A program made the translations under genes and the position numbers. A stretch of 64,000 nt of DNA, from the NCBI GenBank assembly GCA_902777125.1, contig CACYSQ010000004.1:47470-111469 (forward strand). The letters are read 5' to 3'. Numbering within the stretch: the stretch's first letter is position 1; each line of letters starts with the position of its first letter. This DNA is from Ruminococcus flavefaciens. GTDB taxonomy: Bacteria > Bacillota > Clostridia > Oscillospirales > Ruminococcaceae. This document shows positions 7,951 to 17,045 of this stretch, in pieces. The notes below the pieces were generated by a model, which searched no databases, was not told the origin of the DNA, and was given only the letters and a program-made list of their open reading frames with translations.

Positions 7951-9417
7951 TTAAACCCTGTCCCGTATGTCGGTACCGAGGATATCGAGTATCTCCCTTG
8001 CCGAGGAAACACGCAGTGCCCTGACCTTGTGACGGTGCTTTGACTCGCCCTCGAACCAGAAGCAAAGACTGCACCGCTTGCCTAACCTCTGAAATACCGA
8101 CTGCTCGATCTCCGCCTTGACGATCTTGCCGCGTTCTGCGATTATCGTGTGGAACATCGTAAAGCGGCTGTACGAGAGCCTTATACGGTCGTCGTAGATC
8201 GTTATACCGCTTGTGAAAAAGTCCGCGGTCTTGACGAATATCAGCCATACGACCGGGATCTCTGCCATTATCGCGAAGAATATCGTGAGGCGGTGTATCT
8301 CCGGAACGAACCGAGCCGCGATGAGATAAGCCGGTATCAGCGACACTGACACTATCACCGGCAGCCAAACATACTGCCAGAAGCCTGTGAGAGGCGGTTT
8401 GTGCTCAGGCTTATCCGTCTTTCTTATGCCCAGCTTCTCAAAGAGCCTGCCGGTCCGGTCCTCACGCTTAACAGGAACGAGTATGGGCAGCCTTTTCCGG
8501 GTATTGCCGTAGCCCGCACAGCTCACGTTCACCGACGTCGCGCGTATGAGCTTCATTATGAGGTTCTGGCGGAGGTCTATGTAGTTCACATGGGAACGGC
8601 TTATGCTGTACTCCTTCTTGGTGAGCGCACCGTAGGATATCCTCGCAAACCTCTTGTCAAAGATCAGCGAGAAACGTGCATATTTCATCAGATTTACCAT
8701 AAATGACAGGAACCATGCCGCGACGAAGAACGCACCGATACCGAGTGCAGCGTCGGGTATGCTTTTGAGGAAGCGCCGCGAAAACATTGCTGTACGCGAG
8801 GTTATGCTCTCGAGGTATGAGCCTATCAGGTCACTTGCGATGTCGCCGCCCTTGAAGAAGAACGTCGCGAGGTAGACCGTACCGGTAAATCCACTCGAAA
8901 AGAACATCGAAAGCAGGACTATCGAGATGAGCGAGGGCTTGGGAATTTTCTTAGCCCTGTCGAAGTCCTTTATGCCGGGAAGAAGACCGTGGAGTTCCTC
9001 GCCAACCCTGTAGCTGACGAGTATCTTCATGTCGGAGACCCGGAAGATACCGGCGCTTGTGTCGCACCTCACCGCAACTGCCCGGAAGGGTCTCAGGTAG
9101 AACGGGTACTCGAACGATGTGCTGCTCAGATTGGAATAGGGCAGCGTTTTTTTCAGCCGGAATACAATGCCGTCGGTATGCGTTATGCCATACGGGGATA
9201 TTTCCACGACAGAGCATATCCAGCGCAGAAATCCGAAAATGACGATGAGCACAAGTATAAGGATATCGAACCATGCACCGCGGAGCCATTCGTACATACG
9301 GTCCCTGTCGAGCCTTATCGCGTTGAGACCGCGCAGCAAGGGGAATATCAGGAGCCATATATTCTTTACGGAATACTTGATTATCCTTATGGGGTGCTCG
9401 TGGTAGAGCCTCTTCAT
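7951..9417 (-). CDS. YdbT-like multi-TM bacterial PH-domain membrane protein
   Basis: 488 aa, alternating TM pairs and bPH-type segments (GIVFRLKKTLPYSNLSS, QNLIMKLI...C, QSVFQRL); coupled to the ydbS-like gene. Confidence 0.75.
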   Translation of the reverse strand: MKRLYHEHPIRIIKYSVKNIWLLIFPLLRGLNAIRLDRDRMYEWLRGAWFDILILVLIVIFGFLRWICSVVEISPYGITHTDGIVFRLKKTLPYSNLSSTSFEYPFYLRPFRAVAVRCDTSAGIFRVSDMKILVSYRVGEELHGLLPGIKDFDRAKKIPKPSLISIVLLSMFFSSGFTGTVYLATFFFKGGDIASDLIGSYLESITSRTAMFSRRFLKSIPDAALGIGAFFVAAWFLSFMVNLMKYARFSLIFDKRFARISYGALTKKEYSISRSHVNYIDLRQNLIMKLIRATSVNVSCAGYGNTRKRLPILVPVKREDRTGRLFEKLGIRKTDKPEHKPPLTGFWQYVWLPVIVSVSLIPAYLIAARFVPEIHRLTIFFAIMAEIPVVWLIFVKTADFFTSGITIYDDRIRLSYSRFTMFHTIIAERGKIVKAEIEQSVFQRLGKRCSLCFWFEGESKHRHKVRALRVSSAREILDILGTDIRDRV

Positions 9418-9845
9418 TCCGAACCTCCGGCAAGCGCCGCTATCTCGAGCATATCCTCATATCTCAGGAACATGAGGTTCATCTGTCCGCCGTAGACAAA
9501 AAGCAGCAGGAAGTTGAACCCGGTCAGATGCGAAAACGGCGAGCTCACGACCGCAGTGTACTGTATGGAATTTATCTTCACCGACTGGTGCGAATGGAGT
9601 ATCACACCGCTGTCGCTTATTATCTCGGTATCTGTAACCGTGTATTTCAGTGACGCAAAATACAGCGGCAGGTATACTATAATGGCGGCAAGAACGACTG
9701 CCGCTATCAGGATATCAATAACTATCGCCACATCTCGGGAAGGGACAAAATAATTGACGGTTATTATCACCGCAGATGATATGATCAGCAGCAATATACG
9801 GAAAACCGTCAGTCCCCTCCTGTCAGGTCTGTAATGTCTCATCAT
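9414..9845 (-). CDS. YdbS-like PH-domain membrane protein
   Basis: Two TMs then YTVTDTEIISDSGVI...INSIQY bPH pattern. Start moved to ATG 9845 (GGAGG RBS) because the ORF-track start at 9890 overlaps a TATAAT box. Confidence 0.75.
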   Translation of the reverse strand: MMRHYRPDRRGLTVFRILLLIISSAVIITVNYFVPSRDVAIVIDILIAAVVLAAIIVYLPLYFASLKYTVTDTEIISDSGVILHSHQSVKINSIQYTAVVSSPFSHLTGFNFLLLFVYGGQMNLMFLRYEDMLEIAALAGGSE

Positions 9846-9971
9846 GAGCCTCCGGAAAGAAATGTACCGCACCCAGCGGTCATAAATCAATTATACCATA
9901 AATATCCTTTAATGTACAGCAGTTTTTCACGATTTTTTACGACAAAAACAGCGCATTCAAAGGAGGCGGAT

Positions 9972-11228
9972 ATGGAGGACTTTATCTCAGAGGCAAGCTC
10001 ACTTGTTTGGGGAACAGGACTTGTTTTTCTTATTCTTTTCACCGGGGCAGTCTATACCGTTAAGCTCCATGCGGTACAGCTGAAAATGCCGCGGTTCATC
10101 GCAGGGAGGCTCAAAGGGAGCAAAAGGACCTCCGGTGCATCACAGAGGAAGACCGTCTGCATGGCTCTCGGGGCTGCAATGGGCACTGGGAACATCACCG
10201 GAGTAGCTGCGGCACTTGCGGCAGGAGGTCCCGGTGCAGTATTCTGGATGTGGTGCTCGGCTTTTCTCGGAATGGCAGTGGTCTACGCGGAAAATTCCCT
10301 ATCGGCAGCGTACAGCGGCAGCGGAGTACGCGGTCCTATGGCGTACATATCGCGCGGACTCGGAAGCCGTAAGCTCGCCATGCTTTTTGCGGCTATGTGT
10401 GTACTCGCCTCACTCGGAATGGGCGGAATGGTGCAGATAAGCTCGGTCGCCGATGCCGTAAGAACGACCGGGAATGTCCCGGAGGGTCTCATCGCAGTCA
10501 CAGCCTTTGCGGTGATACTCGCAGTTGTCTCCGGAGGAGTACAGCGTATCGGCTCGGCGGCACAGATACTCCTCCCGGCTGCCGCTATTATATACGCTGC
10601 CGCCTGTATCGGGGCGATATCGGTATGCGCGGAGAGACTTCCGGCTGCTCTCAGCTCAGTTTTCACCTCTGCATTCGGGCTCAGACAGGCTGCCGGAGGT
10701 ATATCCGGATATGCTTTGTCAAGAGCTGTTACCACAGGTATACAGCGCGGGATATTCTCGAACGAAGCCGGTCTCGGAAGCTCTCCCCTGCTTCACGGTG
10801 CCGCCGAAGACAGTGACCCTTATGAGCAGAGTATGTGGAGCATGGCGGAGGTTTTCACCGACACGATAATATGCTGCTCCCTGACTGCACTCGCACTTCT
10901 GTGTGCAGCCCCCGACCTCTCAGTCGAAACGGCTCTCGGAACTGTTTTCGGCAGTGCAGCAGGTCTTGTAACTGCCGTTCTGCTCGCAGTATTCGCCTTC
11001 TGTACCGTTATCGGCTGGTACTACTGCGGAGAGGAAGCCCTGAGGTACATATTCAGAGGAAGGTCTGTCCGGGCTTTCAGCGTGGTGTTCTCAGCGGCGG
11101 CTTCACTCGGAGCTGTCATAAGCACTGACGCTGTTTGGTCGCTCTCCGACATTTTCAACGGGCTCATGGCTTTCCCGAACCTCGCCGCTCTGCTTCTCCT
11201 GATAAACCGCGTCAAACGGTATAAGTAA
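9972..11228 (+). CDS. alsT: Alanine/glycine:cation symporter (AGCS family)
   Basis: MGTGNITGVA, GGPGAVFWMW, GIFSNEAGLGS and LMAFPNL motifs; AGGAGG RBS before ATG 9972. Confidence 0.9.
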   Translation: MEDFISEASSLVWGTGLVFLILFTGAVYTVKLHAVQLKMPRFIAGRLKGSKRTSGASQRKTVCMALGAAMGTGNITGVAAALAAGGPGAVFWMWCSAFLGMAVVYAENSLSAAYSGSGVRGPMAYISRGLGSRKLAMLFAAMCVLASLGMGGMVQISSVADAVRTTGNVPEGLIAVTAFAVILAVVSGGVQRIGSAAQILLPAAAIIYAAACIGAISVCAERLPAALSSVFTSAFGLRQAAGGISGYALSRAVTTGIQRGIFSNEAGLGSSPLLHGAAEDSDPYEQSMWSMAEVFTDTIICCSLTALALLCAAPDLSVETALGTVFGSAAGLVTAVLLAVFAFCTVIGWYYCGEEALRYIFRGRSVRAFSVVFSAAASLGAVISTDAVWSLSDIFNGLMAFPNLAALLLLINRVKRYK

Positions 11229-11286
11229 GGGAGCTTCCGTCAAGAATATATCTGTTGATATACCTGTCAGGACGAAAGGAGCTTCT

Positions 11287-12387
11287 ATGTATTATTCAGG
11301 TGAAAACAGATATTTCAGATTTACGGAGGGCTGCTGTGAGGCAGCTTCAGCGCATGAGGTCACGGTCTCGGCAGCCGCTTCTCTCGGGAACAGGCTCGCC
11401 GCTGGATTCAGACGTTTCAGCGTGGGCTGCGACGGTTTCAGCCATATCCACCACCTCTATGCGCTTTGCAGCGGTATCTCAGCCGCAGGCAGGGACGTCT
11501 ATGTCTACGAGAACACGGACCTGCCCTCGTTCAGGTTTGGTTTTCCGCTGCTTTCATCGGACTGCGGTCTGTTCATAAGCGGCAGCAGTACGCTCAGGAT
11601 ATCGGTATTCGGCGGAGACAGGCTGCCTGTGAGCGCCGACGTCATCGCTGAGCTCATGGAAGCGAAAGATGTTCCTGCCTGCGGAAAATGCGGAAAAATA
11701 ATATCTGCCGGATCGTTCCGGGAGCTTTATATCGCGAATATCAGGGAACGCATCGGGGAAGGTACCGTTCTGAACGCCGCCATAAGCTGCGGAACACGCT
11801 CTGTGCGAACGCTCTGGGAGGAGCTTTTCACGGAAAATGACAGCACCCTTTCGTTTCAGGTCTCCGCGGACGGTCAGTGCGTGAACGCCTTTTCGCAGAG
11901 CTCCTGCTTTATACCGTCAGACAAGCTCGTTCTCGCCTATGCTGCCGTAAAAAATGATACGGACGGCATTCCTGTACCGGAGGACTTCCACTTTCAGGCG
12001 GACGAGGCTGGTCTCAGGATAAAAAGGACGGCTCGCAGCGGACTTTCAGAGCTTCCTGCCGAAAAAATACGTCACCTAGTTGACCCGCTGTATATGTGTG
12101 CCGTGCTCACCTCCGACCGTCAGCGCTTTGAGGAAGCCGTAAGCTCTCTGCCGCAGCTCGGAGCCTCAAGGCGTGAGATACCGATGAAATTCCGCGATAC
12201 GCAGCCTTTCCGGCAGACCGTTATTCTTCCGGACGGCGTTATAAGGCTCACCCGAAGCGGTCTGAACCGTCTCTCGCTCATAGCACAGGCTCGTTCCGCG
12301 GAGACTGCCTCTGAGCTTTGCTCGGAATGGTGCGGAAGGCTCGGCAGGTTATCCGATGAAGGATTTGACAAGGATATAACAATCTGA
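11287..12387 (+). CDS. Degenerate phosphoglucomutase/phosphomannomutase-like protein
   Basis: N-terminal PGM-domain-I-like pattern (VGCDG...LCSGISAAGRDVY...PSFRF...GLFIS) but no SHNP or DxDxDR motif. Confidence 0.55.
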   Translation: MYYSGENRYFRFTEGCCEAASAHEVTVSAAASLGNRLAAGFRRFSVGCDGFSHIHHLYALCSGISAAGRDVYVYENTDLPSFRFGFPLLSSDCGLFISGSSTLRISVFGGDRLPVSADVIAELMEAKDVPACGKCGKIISAGSFRELYIANIRERIGEGTVLNAAISCGTRSVRTLWEELFTENDSTLSFQVSADGQCVNAFSQSSCFIPSDKLVLAYAAVKNDTDGIPVPEDFHFQADEAGLRIKRTARSGLSELPAEKIRHLVDPLYMCAVLTSDRQRFEEAVSSLPQLGASRREIPMKFRDTQPFRQTVILPDGVIRLTRSGLNRLSLIAQARSAETASELCSEWCGRLGRLSDEGFDKDITI

Positions 12388-12460
12388 GACTATTTCTTAT
12401 AGATTGATATGACCAATTTTATTTATTCTGCCTAATATTGAAGTCTTCCCGGTTTTACTA

Positions 12461-12489
12461 TTGACATATCCTTCCTTTTAAGCTATAAT
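12461..12489 (+). promoter_or_regulatory. SigA promoter of the rnj operon
   Basis: Perfect TTGACA-17 bp-TATAAT, about 210 nt upstream of the rnj start. Confidence 0.8.
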
Positions 12490-12708
12490 TATAGTTGTAT
12501 ATCTATGCTCTATGAGCATATCGGACGATCAAACCGGCTCCAAGCCGTAAATAATATATGCAAGTCAGAGATAGCCGCGGCTGCCCCGTATATCTGCTTT
12601 TTCTTCTCGGAGCAAGTTACTTCAAGGCGATCTTCTATGCCGGAGGTATCCCTGTACTGCACCTGTCAAACAGATATTATGCTGACTAAATGAAAGTGAG
12701 GAAATTCA

Positions 12709-14535
12709 GTGAACGAAAAAGAAAAGAACACTAAATCCCGCGGAAAAGCTGCCTCAGCAGCTCCCGCACAGAAGAGATACTACAGGAGAAAGTCTCAGCC
12801 TGCCGCTGAAAAAGCCGCTGAGGTAACTGCCGCAGATGCTCCTGCACCACGCACTCGCCATACCAAGGAGAACAAGAAAACTCCCGTAAGGATAATCCCT
12901 CTCGGCGGTCTCAATGAGATAGGCAAGAACATGACAGTCTTTGAATGCTCGAACGATATGTTCATTCTCGACTGCGGTCTTGCTTTTCCTGACGCCGATA
13001 TGCCCGGTGTTGACATCGTTATCCCGGATTTCACCTATGTTGAGCGCAACAGGGATAAGCTCCGCGGTGTTGTCATCACCCACGGCCACGAGGACCACAT
13101 CGGCGGTCTTGCTTACCTCCTCAAAAAAGTGAACGTTCCCGTTTACGCGACCCGTCTGACTATCGGTCTCATCGAGGGAAAGCTCCGTGAGCAGGGACTT
13201 TACGGCAAGGTCACGCTCAACGTTGTCGAGCCTAAAAAAACCGTGAAAATGGGCTGTATGGCTGTTGAATTCATCAAGGTCAACCACTCTATCCCCGATT
13301 CAGTCGGAATGGCTATCCATACTCCTGCCGGCGTTATAGTCCACACGGGCGATTTCAAGGTGGACTACTCCCCTATCGACGAGAAGATCATCGACCTTGC
13401 CCGCTTCGGAGAGCTCGGAAACAAGGGCGTTCTCGCACTCATGGCTGACTCCACCAACGCAGAGCGTCCCGGATACACCCACTCGGAAAGAGCCGTCGGT
13501 GCATCGTTTGACAACCTGTTCAAGAAGGGCGAGGGCAAGCGCATCATCATCGCTACCTTCTCCTCCAATATCCACAGAGTACAGCAGATCATCAACTGTG
13601 CGGTGCGCTACGGCAGAAAGGTAGCCATTTTCGGCAGGAGCATGGTCAATGTTATAAATACCGCTATCGAGCTCGGTTATCTCGATGTTCCGGACGGAGT
13701 TATCATCGACATCGAAATGATGAACCGCTATGAGAGCGAGAGGATCGTACTTATCACGACCGGAAGTCAGGGCGAGCCTATGTCCGCGCTCACAAGAATG
13801 GCGATGAATGACCACAAAAAGGTCAACATCACTCCTATGGACTTCATCATTATCTCCGCAACACCTATCCCCGGCAACGAAAAATTCGTCACAAGAGTTG
13901 TGAACGAGCTCATGAAGTCCGGTGCCGAGGTGGTCTATGAGGCAATGTACGAGGTACACGTTTCGGGTCACGCCTGTCAGGAGGAGCTCAAGCTCATGCT
14001 CGCACTCACCAAGCCGAAGTTCTTCATACCGGTCCACGGCGAATACAAGCACCTCAAAAAACACGCAGGTCTCGCCTATGAGATGGGTCTCCCCAAGGAC
14101 AATGTCATTATCGCTGAGATAGGCAATGTAATCGAGACAGACGGCACGAAAATGGCTGTTGTATCACAGGTTCCCTCCGGCAGAGTCCTCGTGGACGGTC
14201 TCGGTGTCGGCGATGTCGGCTCGATCGTTCTCAGGGACAGAAAGCACCTCGCTCAGGACGGTCTCATCATTATCGTTATCGGTATCGAAAGAGCTACCAA
14301 CGAGATCGTTGCAGGTCCCGATATCATATCCCGAGGCTTCGTTTACGTCAGGGAGTCCGAGGAGCTCATGGACGAGGCAAGGCTTCTCCTCTCAAGCACC
14401 CTCGGAAGCTGCTCCGCCGCTGAGATGCGCGAGTGGAACACCCTCAAGGGCAAGATGCGCGATGCACTCTCCGATTTCATCTACCAGAAAACCAAGCGCA
14501 GTCCGATGATACTCCCGATAATTATGGAGACCTGA
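12709..14535 (+). CDS. rnj: Ribonuclease J
   Basis: PLGGLNEIGKNM, ITHGHEDHIG, VNHSIPD, HTGDFK, HVSGHA and PVHGE metallo-beta-lactamase/beta-CASP motifs; GTG start. Confidence 0.96.
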   Translation: MNEKEKNTKSRGKAASAAPAQKRYYRRKSQPAAEKAAEVTAADAPAPRTRHTKENKKTPVRIIPLGGLNEIGKNMTVFECSNDMFILDCGLAFPDADMPGVDIVIPDFTYVERNRDKLRGVVITHGHEDHIGGLAYLLKKVNVPVYATRLTIGLIEGKLREQGLYGKVTLNVVEPKKTVKMGCMAVEFIKVNHSIPDSVGMAIHTPAGVIVHTGDFKVDYSPIDEKIIDLARFGELGNKGVLALMADSTNAERPGYTHSERAVGASFDNLFKKGEGKRIIIATFSSNIHRVQQIINCAVRYGRKVAIFGRSMVNVINTAIELGYLDVPDGVIIDIEMMNRYESERIVLITTGSQGEPMSALTRMAMNDHKKVNITPMDFIIISATPIPGNEKFVTRVVNELMKSGAEVVYEAMYEVHVSGHACQEELKLMLALTKPKFFIPVHGEYKHLKKHAGLAYEMGLPKDNVIIAEIGNVIETDGTKMAVVSQVPSGRVLVDGLGVGDVGSIVLRDRKHLAQDGLIIIVIGIERATNEIVAGPDIISRGFVYVRESEELMDEARLLLSSTLGSCSAAEMREWNTLKGKMRDALSDFIYQKTKRSPMILPIIMET

Positions 14536-14588
14536 CACTTCCTCCGCCTTCTGGGAAGGCACTATGTTTCCGAAAGGGGCTTTAAAAA

Positions 14589-16577
14589 GTGAAAAACAAG
14601 TTTCCGGCAGTCCTGCTCGTGCTTCACCTTCTGCTGTTCACAACAGCTGCCGTAACAGCACTTCTGATAAGCAACGGCAAGGACGATCTCGCCGCGGTAT
14701 TCATTGTCCCGGTCCTTATCCTGATCGCCGTAAGCATCATTATCTTCCTGATATTCACAAGGAATACGATAAGGCACGTTTCAAAGATGAACGCGCACCT
14801 CGAAAGCTCTGCCGCCGAATTCATGAATACTCTTCCGGCACCGGTCGCAGTTATTGACGAGCAGCGCAGGTTCGTGTGGTACAACCAGCTCTTCTCTGAG
14901 AAGATTGGTCTCGGTCAGGACGTCTTCGGTCTCGATTTCGAGGGCTTCGTAAAGATCGACATGGATTCGCTTTTCAGGCTGAATTACGCCTTCTGCTCGA
15001 TAAACGGCTGCATTTACAAGGTCACTGCCGAACGCTTCGACAAGACCGATATGGCTTTCCTTGTACTATATTTCCACGACGAGAGCGAGTATTTCGCACT
15101 CAAAAAACGCACGGACGATTCCCGTCCCAACGTCATAATCATGACTATCGACAACTACGATGAGGTCATGCAGAACGCCAAGGAGTCCGAGAAGGCTCAG
15201 ACCTCAGTTGAGACCGAAAAGCTCATTGAAGGCTTCATGAGCGGCACAAACGGCTTCATCAAGAAGACCTCCTCGAACACTTTCTACGCCGTTATCGAGA
15301 ACCGCCACCTCGAAAGCATCATCAATTCCAAGTTCAAGATCCTCGAGGCTGCAAGGAATATCAAGATATCCGGCAAATATCCCCTCACATTCTCGATAGG
15401 CGTCGGACAGGGTGCAAATTCCCTCGCTGAGAGCGAAAAGATAGCCCGTCAGTGCCTCGATATGGCTCTCGGACGCGGCGGAGATCAGGCTGTTATCAAG
15501 ACCGATAACGGCTACCGCTTCTTCGGAGGCGTCGCTCAGGGCGTTGAAAAGCGTTCCCGTGCAAAGACGAGGGTAATCGCAAATGCACTTCAGGATCTCA
15601 TACTTTCCTCCGACAGGGTATTCCTCATGGGACACAGGTTCGGCGACCTCGATTCTGTCGGCTCTGCCTGTGGTCTTGCCGGTGCGGTAAGGCTTCTCGG
15701 CAAGGAGGCGCACATTGTCGTTGACAGGTCAAAGAACCTCGCAGCTCACCTCATTGACTATATCGAGGATCAGACCGACAAGGAGTTCTTCATCAGCCCT
15801 GCCGCTGCGGAGGCTATGATAAACGACCGCGACCTCCTCGTTATCTGCGATACCCACAACAAGGACATAATCGAGAGCCATTTCCTCTATGAAAAGGCTA
15901 AGCAGACGGTCGTGATCGACCACCACCGCAAGACCGTCAACTTCATCGACAATGCCGTTATCTTCCACCATGAACCGTTCGCTTCGTCAGCTTCGGAAAT
16001 GGTGACGGAGATGATCCAGTATTTCAGCTTCAATACCGACGAAAACTACCAGCCCTGCTTCGCCGACGCTCTTCTCGCCGGCATCATGCTTGATACCAAA
16101 AATTTCGTCATGAAAACAGGCTCGCGTACCTTCGAGGCAGCGGCTTACCTTAAAAAGCTCGGTGCTGATACCGTTGCGGTAAAGCTCCTGTTCTCAAACT
16201 CAATAGACGCCTACAAGCGCCGTTCACAGATAGTTTCGTCCGCAAAGATACATAACAGATGCGCTGTTGCGGCTGCTGATTTCAAGTCAGATGACATTAG
16301 GATAGTCGCACCGCAGGCTGCTGACGAGCTCCTCTGCATCAGCGGAGTCGATGCTTCGTTCGTACTGTTCAAAACAGGCAGCACTGTGAACATTTCCGCC
16401 CGCTCACTCGGAGCCGTGAACGTTCAGGTCATCATGGAACAGCTCGGCGGAGGCGGACACCAGTCAATGGCTGCCGCCCAGCTTGAGGGCAGCACTATCG
16501 AGGAAGCGATGCGCTCCCTCAACAGCGTCATAAGCGAATACACCCAAAACAACATTAACACCGGCAAATCTAACTGA
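14589..16577 (+). CDS. gdpP: c-di-AMP phosphodiesterase GdpP (TM-PAS-degenerate GGDEF-DHH-DHHA1)
   Basis: MGHRFGDLDSVG, VIDHHR, MLDTKNF and GGGGHQSMAAAQ motifs; upstream of rplI. Confidence 0.92.
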   Translation: MKNKFPAVLLVLHLLLFTTAAVTALLISNGKDDLAAVFIVPVLILIAVSIIIFLIFTRNTIRHVSKMNAHLESSAAEFMNTLPAPVAVIDEQRRFVWYNQLFSEKIGLGQDVFGLDFEGFVKIDMDSLFRLNYAFCSINGCIYKVTAERFDKTDMAFLVLYFHDESEYFALKKRTDDSRPNVIIMTIDNYDEVMQNAKESEKAQTSVETEKLIEGFMSGTNGFIKKTSSNTFYAVIENRHLESIINSKFKILEAARNIKISGKYPLTFSIGVGQGANSLAESEKIARQCLDMALGRGGDQAVIKTDNGYRFFGGVAQGVEKRSRAKTRVIANALQDLILSSDRVFLMGHRFGDLDSVGSACGLAGAVRLLGKEAHIVVDRSKNLAAHLIDYIEDQTDKEFFISPAAAEAMINDRDLLVICDTHNKDIIESHFLYEKAKQTVVIDHHRKTVNFIDNAVIFHHEPFASSASEMVTEMIQYFSFNTDENYQPCFADALLAGIMLDTKNFVMKTGSRTFEAAAYLKKLGADTVAVKLLFSNSIDAYKRRSQIVSSAKIHNRCAVAAADFKSDDIRIVAPQAADELLCISGVDASFVLFKTGSTVNISARSLGAVNVQVIMEQLGGGGHQSMAAAQLEGSTIEEAMRSLNSVISEYTQNNINTGKSN

Positions 16578-16591
16578 AAGGATAGAATGAT

Positions 16592-17038
16592 ATGAAGGTT
16601 ATTTTTCTCAAAGATGTAAAGGGCTCAGGCAATAAGGGCGATATCAAGAACGTTGCTGACGGCTACGCAAGAAATATGCTCCTCCCCAAAAATCTCGCGG
16701 TCGAGGCTACTCCCGAGAACATGAACAAGCTCCAGGGACAGCAGGCTTCCGCTCAGCACAAGATCGACGTTGATATCCAGAACGCTAAGGAAGCTGCCGC
16801 AAAGCTCAAGGGAAAGAAGATCACCATTGCTGCAAAGGCTGGCTCCAACAGCAGACTTTTCGGCTCTGTTACTGCCGCCAATGTCGCTGACGCTATCGCT
16901 CAGCAGACCGGCGTAAAGCTCGACAAGAAGAAGATCTCCCTCAGCACCGATATCAAGAACTTCGGTTCGTACAATGCTACTATAAAGCTCTATAACGGCA
17001 TATCCGAGACCATTGACGTCGAAGTCGTAGAGGGCTGA
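16592..17038 (+). CDS. rplI: 50S ribosomal protein L9
   Basis: [30 protein letters not shown]; RLFGSVT. Confidence 0.97.
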   Translation: MKVIFLKDVKGSGNKGDIKNVADGYARNMLLPKNLAVEATPENMNKLQGQQASAQHKIDVDIQNAKEAAAKLKGKKITIAAKAGSNSRLFGSVTAANVADAIAQQTGVKLDKKKISLSTDIKNFGSYNATIKLYNGISETIDVEVVEG

Positions 17039-17045
17039 TCCCGGA

